A DNA stretch of 64,000 nucleotides from Candidatus Binataceae bacterium (GTDB lineage: Bacteria; Desulfobacterota; Binatia; Binatales; Binataceae), in assembly GCA_963752805.1 (NCBI GenBank), contig CAVWAA010000008.1, positions 78,384 through 142,383 on the forward strand, written 5' to 3'. The notes below the pieces were generated by a model. That model made no database searches. It saw nothing but the letters and a program-made list of their open reading frames with translations, and had not been told where the DNA came from. Numbering within the stretch: the first letter of the stretch is position 1; every line of letters starts with the position of its first letter. Below, piece after piece: positions 60,974 through 64,000 of this stretch. A program made the translations under genes and the position numbers.

Positions 60974-62053
60974 ATGGAAGTTGCAGCAACCAAGATCCCG
61001 ATATACGACTGTGCAGATGAATTTGGCATAACCAACTTCCAGTTGCAGCCTCTTGACCAGAGTAAAGTGAAATGGGAGTGGCTGATTGATAATGCTCCAG
61101 GAGTCTCGTTCTATCACCACCAATCGTGGATAGAGCTTCTCTCCCGCGCTTACGGCTTTTCCTTTTCGCTCGCGTTTATCAGCGGGAGTGGCATGCCAAC
61201 AGCAGGGTGTGTGCTAGCGCGCGCCAGGAGCCCGTTTGGTCAACGGTTCGTCTCGTTGCCCTTCTCTGATACGTGTGCCCCTCTCGCGCTGAACGGAGAA
61301 GCCGCTCACGAGCTGTTGGCCGCTCTTACACTTCAAGGTCCTCAGAACGCCGCTTACGAAATACGCGGCATCAAAGCGCCTCGGCCTTGGCATACAGTCG
61401 AGTGCTTTGCCAACTGGACCTTGGAACTGGGTTGCCCGTCGGGGGTGCTAGAGCGTGGCCTCGCCATCAATTTTCGTCGCAATGTCAAGCGGGCCGTTCA
61501 ACGCAATATTCGGATAGACCGCGGGCACGAGCTCTCGTATGTCCGCCGCTTTTACAAACTTCAACTCGAAAGCCGGCGTCGACAGGGTGTTCCGCCCCAA
61601 CCCTGGCGGTTTTTCAGACTGCTTCACGAGATCTTTGCGCGCACGGGAAATCTTGAAGTTTGGATCGCACTAGAAAACGAAGAGGACGTCGCGTGCGCAG
61701 TGTTTCTTACTGATGAGAACTCGGTTCATTACAAATGGGGCGCTCGCCGCGCCGGCCGCCAGTCCTGTGCAAATCACTTGCTGTTCTGGACCGCTATCGA
61801 AGAGTTTGCTGGGCGGAAAGGCATCGTCGATTTGGGGCGGACCGATGTCCGCAACCATGGCCTGATGCGGTTTAAGAAGGAGCTGGGGGCAAAACTCTCC
61901 CCAATTGCCTTTTCCTTTTATCCGCGTGCGCCTGGTCAAATCAGCTCGGAAGTACTGACCGGCAAACGTAGCGTGGCAGCCGAAATTTTAAGGAGGCTGC
62001 CGATCCTCGCCACCCGGGTACTCGGTGAAGCCGCCTACGGGTTCTTCGCGTGA
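60974..62053 (+). CDS. FemAB-family/GNAT-fold acyltransferase (PEP-CTERM/exosortase-locus-associated type)
   Basis: Length and pattern are those of FemAB-like peptidyl/aminoacyl transferases. Start taken at ATG 60974 (MEVAATKIPIYD) after an AT-rich promoter-like tract. Confidence 0.65.
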   Translation: MEVAATKIPIYDCADEFGITNFQLQPLDQSKVKWEWLIDNAPGVSFYHHQSWIELLSRAYGFSFSLAFISGSGMPTAGCVLARARSPFGQRFVSLPFSDTCAPLALNGEAAHELLAALTLQGPQNAAYEIRGIKAPRPWHTVECFANWTLELGCPSGVLERGLAINFRRNVKRAVQRNIRIDRGHELSYVRRFYKLQLESRRRQGVPPQPWRFFRLLHEIFARTGNLEVWIALENEEDVACAVFLTDENSVHYKWGARRAGRQSCANHLLFWTAIEEFAGRKGIVDLGRTDVRNHGLMRFKKELGAKLSPIAFSFYPRAPGQISSEVLTGKRSVAAEILRRLPILATRVLGEAAYGFFA

Positions 62054-62166
62054 CCGTTGTGCGATCTCATGGAAGCTTTCGCCGGCTCGGTTGAAAACAC
62101 AAACCAGATCGGCCCGACCTGATTCCCCGAATGGGAGCACAGTCGCGCCTTAAAAAGGAGAAACCA

Positions 62167-63384
62167 ATGAAAGAATGGGGGGTTGTAATCCTGGGTGCCG
62201 GTCCTTACGGACTCTCTGCTGCCGCGCACCTGAAAGCCGCCGGGATCGACGTCAAGGTTTTCGGCCGCACGATGGAATTCTGGGAACGGCAGATGCCTGC
62301 CGGCATGATGCTGCGTTCGTCGTGGGACGCCTGCCATCTTTCGGATCCCAACAATCAACTTACTCTCGGTCACTTTGCTATTGACGCCGATCTGAACCTG
62401 CCTCGTCCGGTTCCGCTCGACAGCTTCATCGCATACGGACGATGGTTTCAGGAGCACGCCGTGGCGGAGGTCGATCCGCGTCGCGTAAAGCTGATCGAAC
62501 GAACGGGCAAAGGATTCCGCCTGATAACGCAAGACGGAGAACCGATTGATGGCAGGCGCGTGGTGATCGCCACCGGGATCGCGCGTTATGCACACAAACC
62601 GCGCGAATTTGAGAGGTTGCCGTGCGAATTGGCCTCTCACTCGTCCGAGCATAGAGATCTATCAGCATTTCAGGGCAGATCGGTTGTGGTGGTCGGCGGC
62701 GGACAGAGCGCTATAGAGTCCGCTGCGCTGTTGAGTGAAAACGGCGCCGAAGTCGAAGTGATCATGCGAGCGCCGGCGGTCCGATGGCTGGTACGCAGTG
62801 CGGGACTGCATCGCCTGCCCCCAGCCGCAAGGCGGCTGCTTTATCACCACACTGACGTAGGACCGGCTTTGTTGAGCCAGTTGGTTGCACGGCCCAACCT
62901 GTTCCGCCTGCTTCCGCGCTCGCGCCAGGACCGGATTGCGTACCGATCGATTCGACCAGCAGCTTCGGCCTGGCTGAAACCGCGCGTTAATGGCGTGCGA
63001 TTTACCACCGGCCGCAAGATCAGCGACGCGCGGCGTCAGCGCAACAAGCTCCGTCTACGTCTGGATGATGGGAGTACACGAGAGGCCGATCACGTTTTGC
63101 TGGCAACTGGTTATCAGGTTGATATCGAGCACGATCGGTTACTGGCGCCTGAGTTACTAAGCGAGGTCAGCCGAGTCGACGGTTATCCCGAATTGGAGAG
63201 CGGCTTCGAGTCGTCATCAGTGCCGGGGCTCCATTTTATCGGAGCTCCCGCGGCCTACAGTTTTGGCCCGCTGCTTCGCTTCGTATCGGGAACCGATTAT
63301 GCCTCGCGGGCCATTACAAGGTGTGTCGCCGGCAACACGCCAGGTCGCGGCAAGAGGGCTGGCAATGAGGACGGGTCACTATGA
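62167..63384 (+). CDS. FAD/NAD(P)-binding oxidoreductase (two dinucleotide-binding motifs; flavin monooxygenase / pyridine-nucleotide-disulfide-oxidoreductase-like)
   Basis: GxGxxG motifs VVILGAGPYGLSAAAHL and VVVVGGGQSAIESA. ATG at 62167 preceded by an aaggag RBS. Confidence 0.75.
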   Translation: MKEWGVVILGAGPYGLSAAAHLKAAGIDVKVFGRTMEFWERQMPAGMMLRSSWDACHLSDPNNQLTLGHFAIDADLNLPRPVPLDSFIAYGRWFQEHAVAEVDPRRVKLIERTGKGFRLITQDGEPIDGRRVVIATGIARYAHKPREFERLPCELASHSSEHRDLSAFQGRSVVVVGGGQSAIESAALLSENGAEVEVIMRAPAVRWLVRSAGLHRLPPAARRLLYHHTDVGPALLSQLVARPNLFRLLPRSRQDRIAYRSIRPAASAWLKPRVNGVRFTTGRKISDARRQRNKLRLRLDDGSTREADHVLLATGYQVDIEHDRLLAPELLSEVSRVDGYPELESGFESSSVPGLHFIGAPAAYSFGPLLRFVSGTDYASRAITRCVAGNTPGRGKRAGNEDGSL

Positions 63385-64000
63385 GCCGGAAGCTGCCCGC
63401 CCGAGGTGATGGCGCAATCGTGATCGGAGGTGACTATCGAGGTCTTGGTATAGTGCGAAGCCTCGGCCGGCGCCGAATACCCGTTTGCGTCATAACCGAC
63501 GAACATACGCTCGGCGGATTCTCGCGGTTCGCAAGTTACCGCCTCGCGTGGCCGAAATTTTCCGATGAAGACAGGCTTAAGTTCCTGCTTGAACTGGGGT
63601 CGCGGCCAGAGTTCACAGGGTGGACGCTTTTTCCTACTACTGACGAAACCGCGGCGCTGATCGCCAAATGTTATGCGCCACTCACATCGAGGTTCGTGCT
63701 GACGACTCCGCCATGGGAACGGCTTCGTTGGGCCTACGACAAGCGTCTCACATACACGCTGGCGCGAAGCCTGGGTGTTCCACATCCACGCACTCTTTAC
63801 CCTGAGGGGCGGGAAGACCCGGTGCTTCGCAACGCAATCTTTCCAATGATTTTGAAGCCGGCGACCAAGAGGGAGCGCAGCCGTTTTACCCGCGAGAAAG
63901 CTTGGCTAGTGAGCGATCGAGCGGAGCTGATTGCGCGTTACGATGAGGCGTGCACAATGATCGAACCACGCCAGATCATGTTGCAGGAGTTGATTCCCGG
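63381..64000 (+). CDS. ATP-grasp domain protein (carboxylate-amine ligase-like), 3'-partial at window edge
   Basis: Not in the ORF track because it runs off the window. Translation MSRKLPARGDGAIVIGGDYRGLGIVRSLGRRRIPVCVI...IFPMILKPATKRERSRF... shows the pre-ATP-grasp and central ATP-grasp lysine region. Start overlaps the preceding stop (ATGA). Confidence 0.65.
   Translation, partial: MSRKLPARGDGAIVIGGDYRGLGIVRSLGRRRIPVCVITDEHTLGGFSRFASYRLAWPKFSDEDRLKFLLELGSRPEFTGWTLFPTTDETAALIAKCYAPLTSRFVLTTPPWERLRWAYDKRLTYTLARSLGVPHPRTLYPEGREDPVLRNAIFPMILKPATKRERSRFTREKAWLVSDRAELIARYDEACTMIEPRQIMLQELIP

Overview
This window is a high-GC (~60-65%) bacterial chromosomal segment containing the conserved replication-origin-proximal gene cluster. 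On the minus strand, rpmH-rnpA-yidD-yidC-jag diverge from mnmE-mnmG-rsmG-parA-parB on the plus strand. Two consensus parS sites lie next to rsmG and parA. An fdxA ferredoxin gene sits upstream.

Downstream are housekeeping and metabolic genes: an LLM flavin oxidoreductase, a large FAD/Fe-S oxidase, an MFS transporter, an IMPase-family phosphatase, a deoxyhypusine-synthase-like gene, an addB-addA helicase-nuclease pair, a PTPS/QueD-like gene, a sigma-54 activator with a separate receiver, tRNA-Ala(GGC), a stand-alone LigD-type NHEJ polymerase domain, thiD and a large DUF protein.

The last ~17 kb (47.4-64 kb) is an exopolysaccharide locus of the PEP-CTERM/exosortase-associated type: export protein, chain-length determinant, ExeA-like ATPase with LysM, a degenerate BY-kinase-like ATPase, WbpB/WbpD/WbpE-like sugar-modification enzymes, initiating sugar transferase, O-antigen-ligase-like polymerase, deacetylase, FemAB-like acyltransferase and ATP-grasp enzymes.

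The most unusual feature is a ~4.1-kb low-GC islet (18.8-22.8 kb) inserted at the 3' end of the MFS gene and bracketed by ~120-bp imperfect direct repeats that duplicate the MFS gene terminus. It encodes three proteins of unknown function (a zinc-ribbon-like 91-aa protein, a 229-aa protein and a 563-aa protein with internal tandem repeats and C-terminal transmembrane helices) and no recognisable integrase. It is a candidate uncharacterised accessory or defence module.

Several conserved genes (parB, the addA 3' nuclease domain, a beta-helix protein, the polysaccharide deacetylase) are split across reading frames. That points either to indel errors in the assembly or to genuine gene decay.
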